Of a stretch of DNA of 64,000 nt, positions 10,893 through 19,850 are shown piece after piece. Source of the stretch: Desulfatiglandales bacterium. Its GTDB lineage: Bacteria; Desulfobacterota; DSM-4660; Desulfatiglandales; HGW-15. The notes under the pieces are model-generated. The model did not search any database and was not told the origin of the DNA. It saw only the letters and a program-made list of their open reading frames with translations. The stretch spans positions 160,001-224,000 of the forward strand of contig CAXXJJ010000004.1 in the NCBI GenBank assembly GCA_963667015.2. The letters are read 5' to 3'. The translations under genes were made by a program, and so were the position numbers. Positions within the stretch are counted from its first letter, which is position 1, and each line of letters starts with the position of its first letter.

Positions 10893-11873
10893 ATGAGAAT
10901 GCTTAAGTTGAGTAATTTCTTACAGGCGAAGTGTAACATTTTTCTGTACACAATTTTCGGATGGAGTTTGGTAAGGGTATACATGTTTATTTTATGTAAA
11001 TTTTATTTTTTCATTAAAAAAGATGAAAGAGATACCATTAAAAAATCGGTCTCGGATGTAATAGGATGGACAAAAAGGGAAAAAGAGCTGTCTGGTATTA
11101 CAAAAAGGGTATTTTCCGGTATTTTTTCACATTATTATGAAAAAATATTTGCAGCGTTTGAATCGAAAATAAAAGTTGCTGATTTTTTAAATAAACATGT
11201 TTCAAGCGATGATTTGTCAATTATTAAAGAAGCACTTAAAAAAGGGAAAGGTGTAATTCTTATTACAGGTCATTACGGAGCAATTGAATACATTCCTTTG
11301 CTGCTGGCTATCAATGATATCAAAATCTCAATGATTGCAAAGTTTAAAACGCCTCAACTTAAAAGAATGGCTTTTGAGCAGGCAGATAATTTTGGGATAA
11401 GAATGATTGACGGGGCAGAAAGCGGTAATGTATTAAGAAGTGCAATAAATGAACTGAAACAGAACCGGGTGGTTATTACTCAGTGTGATGAAATAGATGA
11501 ATGGAGGACATCGGACAAAAAAAAGACTACGTTCCTCGGTCAGGTTACAGGTCTTGATCGTACCATTAACCTCCTTCAAAAACGTACAGGCGCTGAAGTG
11601 GTATTTGGAGTTTTACATCGCTTTAACCTGGATCAATACAAGTTCGTAGCCTATTCTCATGAGCAGATGATAGAAATGGTACGATATACCCCCTCCACAA
11701 CAACCGGCGAAATTGTATTAAAGGTGCTTGAACAGTTTATCTGTAAGTATCCTGAGCAATGGTATGAATGGAAGAAATATCCAGAATTAGTCAAAACCTA
11801 TAATCCTGTGAACCAGGAAGAAAGGCATGTGGTCAGACCATATTTACAGCCAGCATGCAATATTAGTGTATAA
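10893..11873 (+). CDS. LpxL/HtrB-like (lysophospholipid) acyltransferase
   Basis: KGKGVILITGHYGAIE (H-x4-E), C-terminal YPEQWYEW; ATG 10893 follows a GAGGG SD (the ORF track starts at 10860). Confidence 0.8.
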   Translation: MRMLKLSNFLQAKCNIFLYTIFGWSLVRVYMFILCKFYFFIKKDERDTIKKSVSDVIGWTKREKELSGITKRVFSGIFSHYYEKIFAAFESKIKVADFLNKHVSSDDLSIIKEALKKGKGVILITGHYGAIEYIPLLLAINDIKISMIAKFKTPQLKRMAFEQADNFGIRMIDGAESGNVLRSAINELKQNRVVITQCDEIDEWRTSDKKKTTFLGQVTGLDRTINLLQKRTGAEVVFGVLHRFNLDQYKFVAYSHEQMIEMVRYTPSTTTGEIVLKVLEQFICKYPEQWYEWKKYPELVKTYNPVNQEERHVVRPYLQPACNISV

Positions 11874-11899
11874 ATCTTTTTTTTAACATATACTGAAAT

Positions 11900-11922
11900 A
11901 CCCCGCCTCTTCATGGCGGGGT
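11900..11922 (+). terminator. GC-rich stem-loop between acyltransferase and kinase
   Basis: ACCCCGCC-N7-GGCGGGGT followed by a weak U-tract. Confidence 0.45.
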
Positions 11923-11984
11923 GATTTATTCAACTAAAATGCAGCTTTAATAATACTTAATGAGGAAAATAAAATTAATAAGAA

Positions 11985-13991
11985 ATGGAAAAAGAAGTTA
12001 ACTGCATAAACTCAAAGGCCATTATCAACTACCTTGAAGATCACAGCGATACGGATATTCGGGAGTTTTTAAAGGACCTGCATCCTGAACTTGATATTCT
12101 TGCTGATCCTGTATCTTATCTGAAAGATCAGAACAACTGGATATCAAGCGAAGTGGCTTCAGAATTATACAGGCGTGCAAAAGTTACATTAAGGGATGAC
12201 GATGCACCATATAAAATCGCCAAGTACACGACTACAAACGCTTCACTGGGTTATATCCAGAAGATAATTTTTAAAGCCTTCTGGTCCATAGAAAAAGGTT
12301 TTAAAAATGTACAAAAGATCAATGATAAACTTAACAGGAACAAAAGAGTAGAACTGCTTTCAGTCAATAGAAGCGGTGCAATAGTAAGATTACACTGGAA
12401 TCCCGATATGAAGGCCTCCAAGGATATCTGCCAGTACAATAAAGGTATTTATACCTATTTACCTTTAATCTGGGGAAGTAAGAATGTAGACCTTAAAGAG
12501 AGTTGCTGTTATTTCGATGGAGCCCCTTATTGTGAATACATTGTAAAATGGCCGGCCAGGAACAGGGTCAACGAGATATTTTCCAGATTTTTCTCTTCAA
12601 AATCAGTTTTAGCCGACACAATTAAAGAGATGGAGAGAGATAAACATTTACTTGAAAAAAAATATGAGGAGATCAATCTTTTAAATGTTCAGTTGAGTGA
12701 AAAAGTCAGACAGCTTCAAGCCGTTCAGGAGACCGGAAAAGCAATTCTTTCTGTTTTGAATCTTGAAAAACTCCTTAATGTAATCATGAGTACGCTCTCA
12801 AATATATGCATGATCAACAGGGCAATCATCATGATTGTAAATGAAAAGAAGGATAGTCTGGAATACCTTTATGCGACAGGTTTTGATGATAATATTCCCG
12901 AAGAAGTAAAAAATTACTGTGTGTCTCTTGACAGGGTTAACAACCTGCTGGCAAGAGTTGCAAGCACCGGACGGGCAGAATATATCCCTGATGTTATAAC
13001 CTCCAATCTCAGAAAGGAGAATATCGTCCTTTTGCATGGTAAACCCAGTTCAGTTTTTGCCGTACCATTGATAACCCGATCTAAGGTAATAGGAATTATT
13101 GCAACCGATGCGACCAACGGGGATGGTGTTTCTGAAGAAACAAGAAATACGCTTGAAATTTTTGCTCCTCAAATTGCTATTGCGATCGAAAATGCAAGGC
13201 TGTACAAAAAACTTCAGGAGCAGATGATGGAGCTTAAAAGGTCCCACGTCCTTTTAAGCAGGACGGAAAAACTTGCTTTCCTGGGTGATCTGGCTGCCAG
13301 GCTTGCTCATGAGATAAAAAATCCTATGACAGCAATCGGTACCTTTATACAGATGCTGCCCTATAAATTTGATGATGAAGAATATCGCGGAAATTTTCAT
13401 AAAATAGCGATGGAAGAAACAGAAAGGGTAAACAGCCTGATTTCTGAACTTCTTGATCTTGTAAACACCAAGGAACCAAAATTTGAGTCCAGCTCTATTC
13501 ATGAATTGATTGATAAGATGGTCCTTCTTGTTTCGCCTCAAAGCAATGGTAAAAGAATTAAAGTTCAGACTGAATATGATTCCGGATTAGATAAGGCCTG
13601 GCTTGATTCGGAGAAATTCAAGCAGATTATACTGAATCTCCTGTCAAATGCCGTGGAATTTACTCCTGAGCATGGAATTATTAAGATAACTACATTACAA
13701 AATAAAATAGGCAAAAAAGGAGAACCGGGTATTCGAATCATTTTTGAAGATAATGGTGAAGGTATTCCGGAAACCATGATTAATAAAATATTTGATCCAT
13801 ATTTTACAACAAAACATAAAAGCAAAGACCATAAAGGAACAGGCCTGGGACTTTTTATTGTCCACCAGAACGTTCAGGATCATGGTGGCACCATAGAGGT
13901 AAAAAGCAGGCTGGATAAAGGAACTCAGTTTATTATTGATCTTCCGGTTCATCCTGAAAGTGGTTCAAAAAATAATGGAATCGAGATCTAA
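11985..13991 (+). CDS. Cytoplasmic sensor histidine kinase: V4R/H-NOX-like N-terminal domain, coiled coil, GAF, HisKA, HATPase
   Basis: H-box LAHEIKNP, N-box NLLSNAVE, G-boxes DNGEGI and GTGLGL; GAF motif AVPLI...IGII...AIAIENARLY; N-terminal C..NKG...E.CC...G.PYCEY..KW; no obvious TM helix. Confidence 0.9.
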   Translation: MEKEVNCINSKAIINYLEDHSDTDIREFLKDLHPELDILADPVSYLKDQNNWISSEVASELYRRAKVTLRDDDAPYKIAKYTTTNASLGYIQKIIFKAFWSIEKGFKNVQKINDKLNRNKRVELLSVNRSGAIVRLHWNPDMKASKDICQYNKGIYTYLPLIWGSKNVDLKESCCYFDGAPYCEYIVKWPARNRVNEIFSRFFSSKSVLADTIKEMERDKHLLEKKYEEINLLNVQLSEKVRQLQAVQETGKAILSVLNLEKLLNVIMSTLSNICMINRAIIMIVNEKKDSLEYLYATGFDDNIPEEVKNYCVSLDRVNNLLARVASTGRAEYIPDVITSNLRKENIVLLHGKPSSVFAVPLITRSKVIGIIATDATNGDGVSEETRNTLEIFAPQIAIAIENARLYKKLQEQMMELKRSHVLLSRTEKLAFLGDLAARLAHEIKNPMTAIGTFIQMLPYKFDDEEYRGNFHKIAMEETERVNSLISELLDLVNTKEPKFESSSIHELIDKMVLLVSPQSNGKRIKVQTEYDSGLDKAWLDSEKFKQIILNLLSNAVEFTPEHGIIKITTLQNKIGKKGEPGIRIIFEDNGEGIPETMINKIFDPYFTTKHKSKDHKGTGLGLFIVHQNVQDHGGTIEVKSRLDKGTQFIIDLPVHPESGSKNNGIEI

Positions 13992-15140
13992 ATGCTGATT
14001 AAAGAGGTAAACTCTGTAAAGGTTACGCTGCCATTTGCCCGTGAATTTTCACATTCCCTGAGAAAAAGGCTGTCAATCACAAATGTATTTATCCTGCTCA
14101 AAGACAGGGATGGCAGGATATTAGGCTGCGGAGAGGGTGCCCCAAGGACATATGTTACCGGGGAAAGTCCTGATAAAATGATTTCCGATATCACTGAGTT
14201 AATCCAGGATGAAAAATTTCCATGGGAATTATATGATACCGAGCAGTTATGGGGTTTCCTGGACTCACTCCCCCTTAAAAAGGAGATGAACGCTTCGATC
14301 TGTGCTCTGGAGATGGCATTACTGGACGCATTTTCAAGAGAACAAAAAATGAAGATAATTGATTTTTTTTCACATGAATACTATGCCTCTCCAATTCTAT
14401 ATAGCGCGGCTATTCCACTTGGAAATGAGGATGTTGTAAAGGATGCATGCAAAATTATAAACAGGCTCGGTATAAACAGGCTCAAACTTAAGGTAGGTAA
14501 GGACTTTTCACAGAACGAGTCACTATTGAAAATAGTTTCAGAGAATATTTCCGGTAAATATGAGCTCAAGGTGGATGTGAACGGGGTGTGGGATAAACAT
14601 ACTGCTATAAGACACTTACCTTTGCTCGTAAAACACGGCGTGAAGGTTGTAGAACAACCCATGGAACCGGACTCCGGGGAAATCTCTGACTTCTCAAAAG
14701 CGGCCGGGGATTCTGATATAGTATTAATGGCTGATGAGTCTGCATGTTCATTTGAAGATATAGAAAAGATCTCATGTGATGGATATTATGGAATGGTGAA
14801 TGTAAGGGTTTCAAAATGCGGTGGATTGAGACGATCCCTTAAAATAATTGAATATCTGCGCACCATGAAAACCCCTTTTCAGATTGGATGTCAACTGGGT
14901 GAATCCGGCCTGTTATCTGCTGCAGGGAGGATTTTATCACTTCTCTGCCGGGATGCTGTCTACTATGAAGGCTCCTATGACAAGTTGCTTCTGGCTGAGA
15001 ATGTGACAAAAGAAGATGTATCCTTTGAATATGGAGGGGTTGGTCATCCCCTTAATGGGATAGGGCTGGGTGTTGATATTGATCCCTCAAAAATTCAAAA
15101 GCTCTCGGACCATGAATCTTTTCGAAATTTTAAAAGATAA
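13992..15140 (+). CDS. Enolase-superfamily enzyme (MLE/dipeptide-epimerase-like subgroup), function unknown
   Basis: G.GEGAPR.YVTGE capping domain, KLK, DVN, EQP, ADES metal ligands, NVRVSKCGG, GLGVDID. Confidence 0.85.
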   Translation: MLIKEVNSVKVTLPFAREFSHSLRKRLSITNVFILLKDRDGRILGCGEGAPRTYVTGESPDKMISDITELIQDEKFPWELYDTEQLWGFLDSLPLKKEMNASICALEMALLDAFSREQKMKIIDFFSHEYYASPILYSAAIPLGNEDVVKDACKIINRLGINRLKLKVGKDFSQNESLLKIVSENISGKYELKVDVNGVWDKHTAIRHLPLLVKHGVKVVEQPMEPDSGEISDFSKAAGDSDIVLMADESACSFEDIEKISCDGYYGMVNVRVSKCGGLRRSLKIIEYLRTMKTPFQIGCQLGESGLLSAAGRILSLLCRDAVYYEGSYDKLLLAENVTKEDVSFEYGGVGHPLNGIGLGVDIDPSKIQKLSDHESFRNFKR

Positions 15141-15163
15141 TGATGCCGGTCTTATTCTTTTAA

Positions 15164-15179
15164 TGGCATATGAATTGCA
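15164..15179 (+). promoter_or_regulatory. Canonical sigma-54 promoter
   Basis: TGGCATATGAATTGCA = TGGCA-N6-TTGCA with exact GG-N10-GC spacing; predicted +1 about 15190. Confidence 0.8.
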
Positions 15180-15189
15180 TTTATAGAGC

Positions 15190-15277
15190 AATAAAAGGAA
15201 ATGGAGTCTCCCTCCTTACTTCATTCCTAATCTCTGAAAAAAGCCCCTGTCAGGGTTGCCCTGACAGGGGCTTTTTT
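15190..15277 (+). ncRNA. Candidate sigma-54-dependent small RNA (about 88 nt) with anti-SD loop
   Basis: Bounded by a sigma-54 promoter and an intrinsic terminator. Stem AGGAAATGGAGT/ACTTCATTCCT (15196-15228) encloses the loop CTCCCTCCTT. No credible ORF. Confidence 0.65.
15237..15277 (+). terminator. Rho-independent terminator (potentially bidirectional)
   Basis: Perfect 19-bp inverted repeat AAAAAAGCCCCTGTCAGGG-TTG-CCCTGACAGGGGCTTTTTT. Confidence 0.9.
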
Positions 15278-15571
15278 GTCTAGATCCGCAATGGATTTTA
15301 GAATTAATAAATAAACCATTAATTTCAGTTAGATACATTTTTTGATTGAAAATTTATTATGGCGGCTCAATGTAAACAGGCCGGTCATAAATAGAATATT
15401 TTCCACCGCCCTAAAGGATAATGAATAAATGGAAAATATGCGCTTATTATTTTAAAGTCATTAATCTGACAGTCTGTTATATATTCGTGAATGGAGGCGA
15501 ATCATAACTTGACCATTTTAAATATTTTGTCGTAACATTCCTGATCAAATCAAAATCATCCGGAGAAAAAA

Positions 15572-17203
15572 ATGTCACTTGAATTAAAATCCTTAAAATA
15601 TTTTAAGGGCAGGAAGGGGCCTCTGCTCCTGATTATAATGGACGGTATTGGTATAGGTAAAAATGATGAAAGCAATGCCGTGTTTCTTGCCAATGCCCCT
15701 GTTTTAAATAGACTTTTAAAAACAGATCTATACATACAATTAAAAGCCCATGGAAAAGCGGTTGGACTGCCAACTGACGGAGACATGGGTAACAGTGAAG
15801 TTGGGCATAATGCGCTTGGGGCCGGCAGGGTATTCGAGCAGGGTGCAAGTCTTGTCAACAGCGCCCTTAAGACCGGAAAGGTCTTTGAGGAAAGATTATG
15901 GCAGGAGATACTTGATCGATCACGAAAAGGCGGAACCCTCCATTTTATAGGCCTGCTTTCTGATGGAAATGTCCATTCCCATATTGACCAGCTTAATATT
16001 CTTATTGATAACTGCGCAGAGTCAGGACTTAAAAAGGTTCGTGTTCATGCACTTCTTGATGGAAGGGATGTTGGTGAAAAAAGTGCGCTTGACTACGTTC
16101 TTCCCACCCAGGAAAAGCTTGATAAGATCTCAAGGGAAAAAAATGCTGACTTTGCCATTGCCTCGGGTGGTGGGCGTATGAAGGTCACCATGGACAGGTA
16201 CAATGCGGACTGGGATATTGTCAGGAGAGGATGGGACGCCCATGTACTTGGGAAAGGAAGAAAGTTTCATTCTGCATCAGAGGCCATAGAAACATACTAT
16301 GCCGAAGATCCGCATATAACCGACCAGTATCTTGATCCTTTTGTTATTGTTGATAATGATGATAATCCTGTAGGAACAATCCGGGACGGTGACTCAGTTG
16401 TATTTTTCAACTTCAGGGGCGACAGGGCCATCGAGATATCAAGGGCATTTACTGAAAAGGATTTAAACGAATTTGATCGCGGTCCTTTGCCGGATATCCT
16501 TTTTGCCGGTATGATGGAATATGATGGTGACACCCGTATCCCGCCAAATTTTCTTGTTCAGCCTCCAGATATAGAACGAACGGTCAGTGAATATCTGTGT
16601 GCCGCCAGTGTAAAATCCTTTGCTGTTTCAGAGACCCAGAAGTTCGGACATGTTACATATTTCTGGAACGGAAACCGGTCCGGTTATATAGATGAAAAAC
16701 TTGAAAAATATATTGAGATACCTTCGGATAGAATCGAGTTTGATCATGCACCTAAAATGAAGGCCTTTGAGATAAAGGATTCGGTAATAAGCCTGTTAAG
16801 GGAAGGGGATTACCGGTTCGGAAGACTCAATTTTGCCAATGGTGATATGGTAGGCCATACAGGCGTTATGGATGCTGCAATCACAGCGGTTGAAGCAGTT
16901 GATAAATGTCTTGGTGAACTCCTGGATGTAGTGGAAGAAATGGATGGGATCGCAATAGTAACCGCTGATCACGGAAATGCAGATGAAATGTATTCAACAG
17001 GAAAGGACGGAAAGAAAAGTGTGAAGACCTCACACACACTCAATCCTGTTCCCTTTGTTATTTTTGATCCGCAGTATAATGGTGAATACAGAATGGCTGA
17101 TATCAAGGAAAAAGGGTTGTCAAATGTTGCTGCAACCCTGCTGAATCTCCTTGGATTTGAAAAGGTGGAGGATTATGATCCTTCACTCATAGAATTCATA
17201 TAA
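15572..17203 (+). CDS. gpmI: 2,3-bisphosphoglycerate-independent phosphoglycerate mutase
   Basis: MGNSEVGH, SDGNVHSH, FFNFRGDRA, NGDMVGHTG, TADHGNAD. Confidence 0.97.
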   Translation: MSLELKSLKYFKGRKGPLLLIIMDGIGIGKNDESNAVFLANAPVLNRLLKTDLYIQLKAHGKAVGLPTDGDMGNSEVGHNALGAGRVFEQGASLVNSALKTGKVFEERLWQEILDRSRKGGTLHFIGLLSDGNVHSHIDQLNILIDNCAESGLKKVRVHALLDGRDVGEKSALDYVLPTQEKLDKISREKNADFAIASGGGRMKVTMDRYNADWDIVRRGWDAHVLGKGRKFHSASEAIETYYAEDPHITDQYLDPFVIVDNDDNPVGTIRDGDSVVFFNFRGDRAIEISRAFTEKDLNEFDRGPLPDILFAGMMEYDGDTRIPPNFLVQPPDIERTVSEYLCAASVKSFAVSETQKFGHVTYFWNGNRSGYIDEKLEKYIEIPSDRIEFDHAPKMKAFEIKDSVISLLREGDYRFGRLNFANGDMVGHTGVMDAAITAVEAVDKCLGELLDVVEEMDGIAIVTADHGNADEMYSTGKDGKKSVKTSHTLNPVPFVIFDPQYNGEYRMADIKEKGLSNVAATLLNLLGFEKVEDYDPSLIEFI

Positions 17204-17212
17204 ATTTTTTTA

Positions 17213-17755
17213 TCAGGCGTTAAGGGCGTATTCTGCGCCCTTTTCTATTCCTGCCTTATTCAATTCAACAAGGCCGGCTTTTTTGGATTTCAAAACCTCA
17301 CTCATACCACCGATAAGTGATTCAAGGGATGTAACGCCTGTCTTTGCAGCAAAGGCGCCGAGCATTATCATATTAACAGCTCGCTCATTTCCAAGTTCGA
17401 GCGCTATCTTATTGGCAGGAATTTTTACGGCTTCTATGTCATTTCTATCAGGTTCCCCTTCAACAAGGGAAGAGTTGATGAGCATTATCCCGCCTTTTTT
17501 TATCAGTTTCTGATATTTAACCATTGATGGCTTGTTTAAAACAACGACATAATCAGGAGATGACGCCACAGGTGAGGCAATCTCTTCATCTGAGACACAC
17601 ACAGTGCAGTTTGCTGTCCCGCCTCTTACCTCTGCTCCATATGAAGGCAGGTATGTAACATTCATCTTATCTCTCATTGCCGCAAACGCCAGAATGTATC
17701 CCATTGAAAGAACTCCCTGGCCGCCTGATCCTGCAAATGCTGTTTTGGTTATCAT
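17213..17755 (-). CDS. 2-oxoacid:ferredoxin oxidoreductase gamma subunit
   Basis: AGSGGQGV, PSYGAEVRGG, NMIMLGA. Confidence 0.92.
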   Translation of the reverse strand: MITKTAFAGSGGQGVLSMGYILAFAAMRDKMNVTYLPSYGAEVRGGTANCTVCVSDEEIASPVASSPDYVVVLNKPSMVKYQKLIKKGGIMLINSSLVEGEPDRNDIEAVKIPANKIALELGNERAVNMIMLGAFAAKTGVTSLESLIGGMSEVLKSKKAGLVELNKAGIEKGAEYALNA

Positions 17756-17773
17756 TTCAGTAAACTACCTCTC

Positions 17774-18523
17774 TCAAATATTCTCTGCGTTGTCCTTGAT
17801 AACGCCAATGGGGAATGTTTTTGTCATATTTTCATCTATCCACTTACAGGAATCTACGGGTGACATCTTCCAGTTTGTAGGGCAGGGGGATAATACCTCG
17901 ACAAGTGAATATCCCAGATCTGCTATCTGGATCTTGAATGCCTTTTTTATTGCCCTTTTTGCGGCCTTTATATTTTTGGGCGATGTTACTGAAACCCGTT
18001 CGATGTAGACAGTACCATCAAGCAGGCCGAGCATTTCACTAAGTCTCAAAGGATTTCCGTCCCTGATAACATCTCTTCCGCCCGGTGTAGTTGTGGACCT
18101 TTGACCCGAGAGGGTTGTAGGCGCCATCTGTCCGCCAGTCATGCCATATGTACCGTTATTGATAAATATGGTGGTGATTTTTTCGCCCCTGTTTGCAGCA
18201 TGGATTGTTTCCGCAGTGCCAATGGCTGCCATATCTCCGTCACCCTGGTAGGTAAAGACAATCCTGTCAGGAAGAACTCTTTTTATTCCGGTAGCAACTG
18301 CTGCACCTCTACCATGCGCCGCCTCTCCCACATCAATGTCAAAATAATCATAGGCCAGAACCGCGCAGCCCGCAGGCGGAACACATATGGATCTATCACC
18401 TATGCCAAGTTCTTCTATTACCTCGGCTACAAGACGATGGGTTATTCCATGCCCGCAACCCGGGCAGTAGTGGAAAACAGCATCCTTAAGATATTTAGGT
18501 TTTGAGAAAACGGTTTCAGACAT
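17774..18523 (-). CDS. 2-oxoacid:ferredoxin oxidoreductase beta (TPP-binding) subunit
   Basis: YCPGCGHG, GDGD...IG, NNGTYGMTGGQ, SPCPTNW. Confidence 0.92.
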   Translation of the reverse strand: MSETVFSKPKYLKDAVFHYCPGCGHGITHRLVAEVIEELGIGDRSICVPPAGCAVLAYDYFDIDVGEAAHGRGAAVATGIKRVLPDRIVFTYQGDGDMAAIGTAETIHAANRGEKITTIFINNGTYGMTGGQMAPTTLSGQRSTTTPGGRDVIRDGNPLRLSEMLGLLDGTVYIERVSVTSPKNIKAAKRAIKKAFKIQIADLGYSLVEVLSPCPTNWKMSPVDSCKWIDENMTKTFPIGVIKDNAENI

Positions 18524-18562
18524 TTTAAATCCTTATATTAAAATAATTCTGATAACAGTTTG

Positions 18563-19624
18563 TTATTCAGGATAATGTTTTTTAATCTGTTCAAATATTT
18601 CTACAGGTGTTGAAACCGGTCCGCCGGGACGGCCGTAGAAATGTATCTTGTTACTGCCATTCAGTGAAAGCTTTACATCTTCAAGCATCTGACCTGTACT
18701 CATTTCATAAACAAGAAACTCGGTTTTGTTTTGTGCAGTTTCCTGAAGGTATTTTTCGGGAAAGGGCCAGAGGGTAACAGGCCTGAAGAGACCGGCCTTC
18801 AGTCCTTCCTTTCTTGCCCTGTCAACAGCGCCTTTTGCTATTCTTGCGGCTGTTCCATAGGCTATTACCGTGATTACAGCATCTGATGTTTTATATGTTT
18901 CTGCAAGCTGGATTTCATCTTTTATGGCCTCATATTTTTTTACAAGCTTCCAGTTAAGTGCCTCTTCTACGCTCACATCCAGCCATAGAGACTTGATAAC
19001 GCGCCTCGGCCTGTTATTTGCGCCGTCTATCTTATAGGGCCTTTCAGGCAGGGTACTGATGTCTCTATATTCAGGAAACACAACAGGTTCCATCATTTGT
19101 CCCATCATACCGTCGAGCAGTATAAAAACAGGGGTCCTGTACTGGTCAGCATAATCAAATGCCTTTGTTACGCAATCGGCAAGCTCCTGTCCTGATGCAG
19201 GTCCAAGGACAATATTCCTGTAGTCGCCATGGCCTCCGCCTCTGGTTGCCTGAAAATAGTCTCCCTGTGAAGGGGCAATATTTCCAAGTCCTGGGCCTCC
19301 ACGCATGCAGTTTACAATAACTGCCGGGAGTTCAAGTGCCGATAAAAAGGAGATACCCTCCTGCTTCAGGCTTATTCCCGGGCTAGATGAGCTTGTCATG
19401 ACTCTAGCTCCGGCCATCGAAGCGCCTATAAGCATGTTAATGGCAGCTATTTCACTCTCCGCCTGTATAAATGTGCCGTCATCAAGTCTGGCCATTGATG
19501 CAGCCATGTATTCTGTCAGTTCATTCTGCGGTGTAATAGGGTAGCCGGCATAAAACCTGCAACCTGCTCTCACTGCAGCTTCGCCAATAACATGATTTCC
19601 ACTCATCAATACTTTTTCAGTCAC
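18563..19624 (-). CDS. 2-oxoacid:ferredoxin oxidoreductase alpha subunit (VorB-like)
   Basis: GYPITPQ, QAESEIAA, TSSSSPG.SLKQE, RGGPGLG; probable GTG start at 19624 overlapping the delta-subunit stop. Confidence 0.92.
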   Translation of the reverse strand: MTEKVLMSGNHVIGEAAVRAGCRFYAGYPITPQNELTEYMAASMARLDDGTFIQAESEIAAINMLIGASMAGARVMTSSSSPGISLKQEGISFLSALELPAVIVNCMRGGPGLGNIAPSQGDYFQATRGGGHGDYRNIVLGPASGQELADCVTKAFDYADQYRTPVFILLDGMMGQMMEPVVFPEYRDISTLPERPYKIDGANNRPRRVIKSLWLDVSVEEALNWKLVKKYEAIKDEIQLAETYKTSDAVITVIAYGTAARIAKGAVDRARKEGLKAGLFRPVTLWPFPEKYLQETAQNKTEFLVYEMSTGQMLEDVKLSLNGSNKIHFYGRPGGPVSTPVEIFEQIKKHYPE

Positions 19625-19850
19625 GATAAACCTCAATAGCAACATCCGGACACATGGTTGCACACATTGCGCATCCAATACATTTTATGTCTTTCGGGTT
19701 GTCATCTATGCTTTTTGCGGGATAATATCCCTGGTGGTTGAGACTTTCGGATACAGATATTATCTGTTTTGGACAAACCGAGATGCAAAGATAGCATCCT
19801 TTGCATATTTCACTGTTTATTTTTATTCTTCCTTTTTTCCTATCTGCCAT
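19617..19850 (-). CDS. 2x[4Fe-4S] ferredoxin-like delta subunit
   Basis: CKGCYLCISVCP and CIGCAMCATMCP. Confidence 0.92.
   Translation of the reverse strand: MADRKKGRIKINSEICKGCYLCISVCPKQIISVSESLNHQGYYPAKSIDDNPKDIKCIGCAMCATMCPDVAIEVYRD

Noticed and set aside
15201..15230. 9-codon ORF MESPSLLHS* inside the candidate sRNA
   Set aside because: The AAGGA lies 1-2 nt from the ATG and both sit in the stem, so translation is unlikely; a dual-function RNA cannot be fully excluded.
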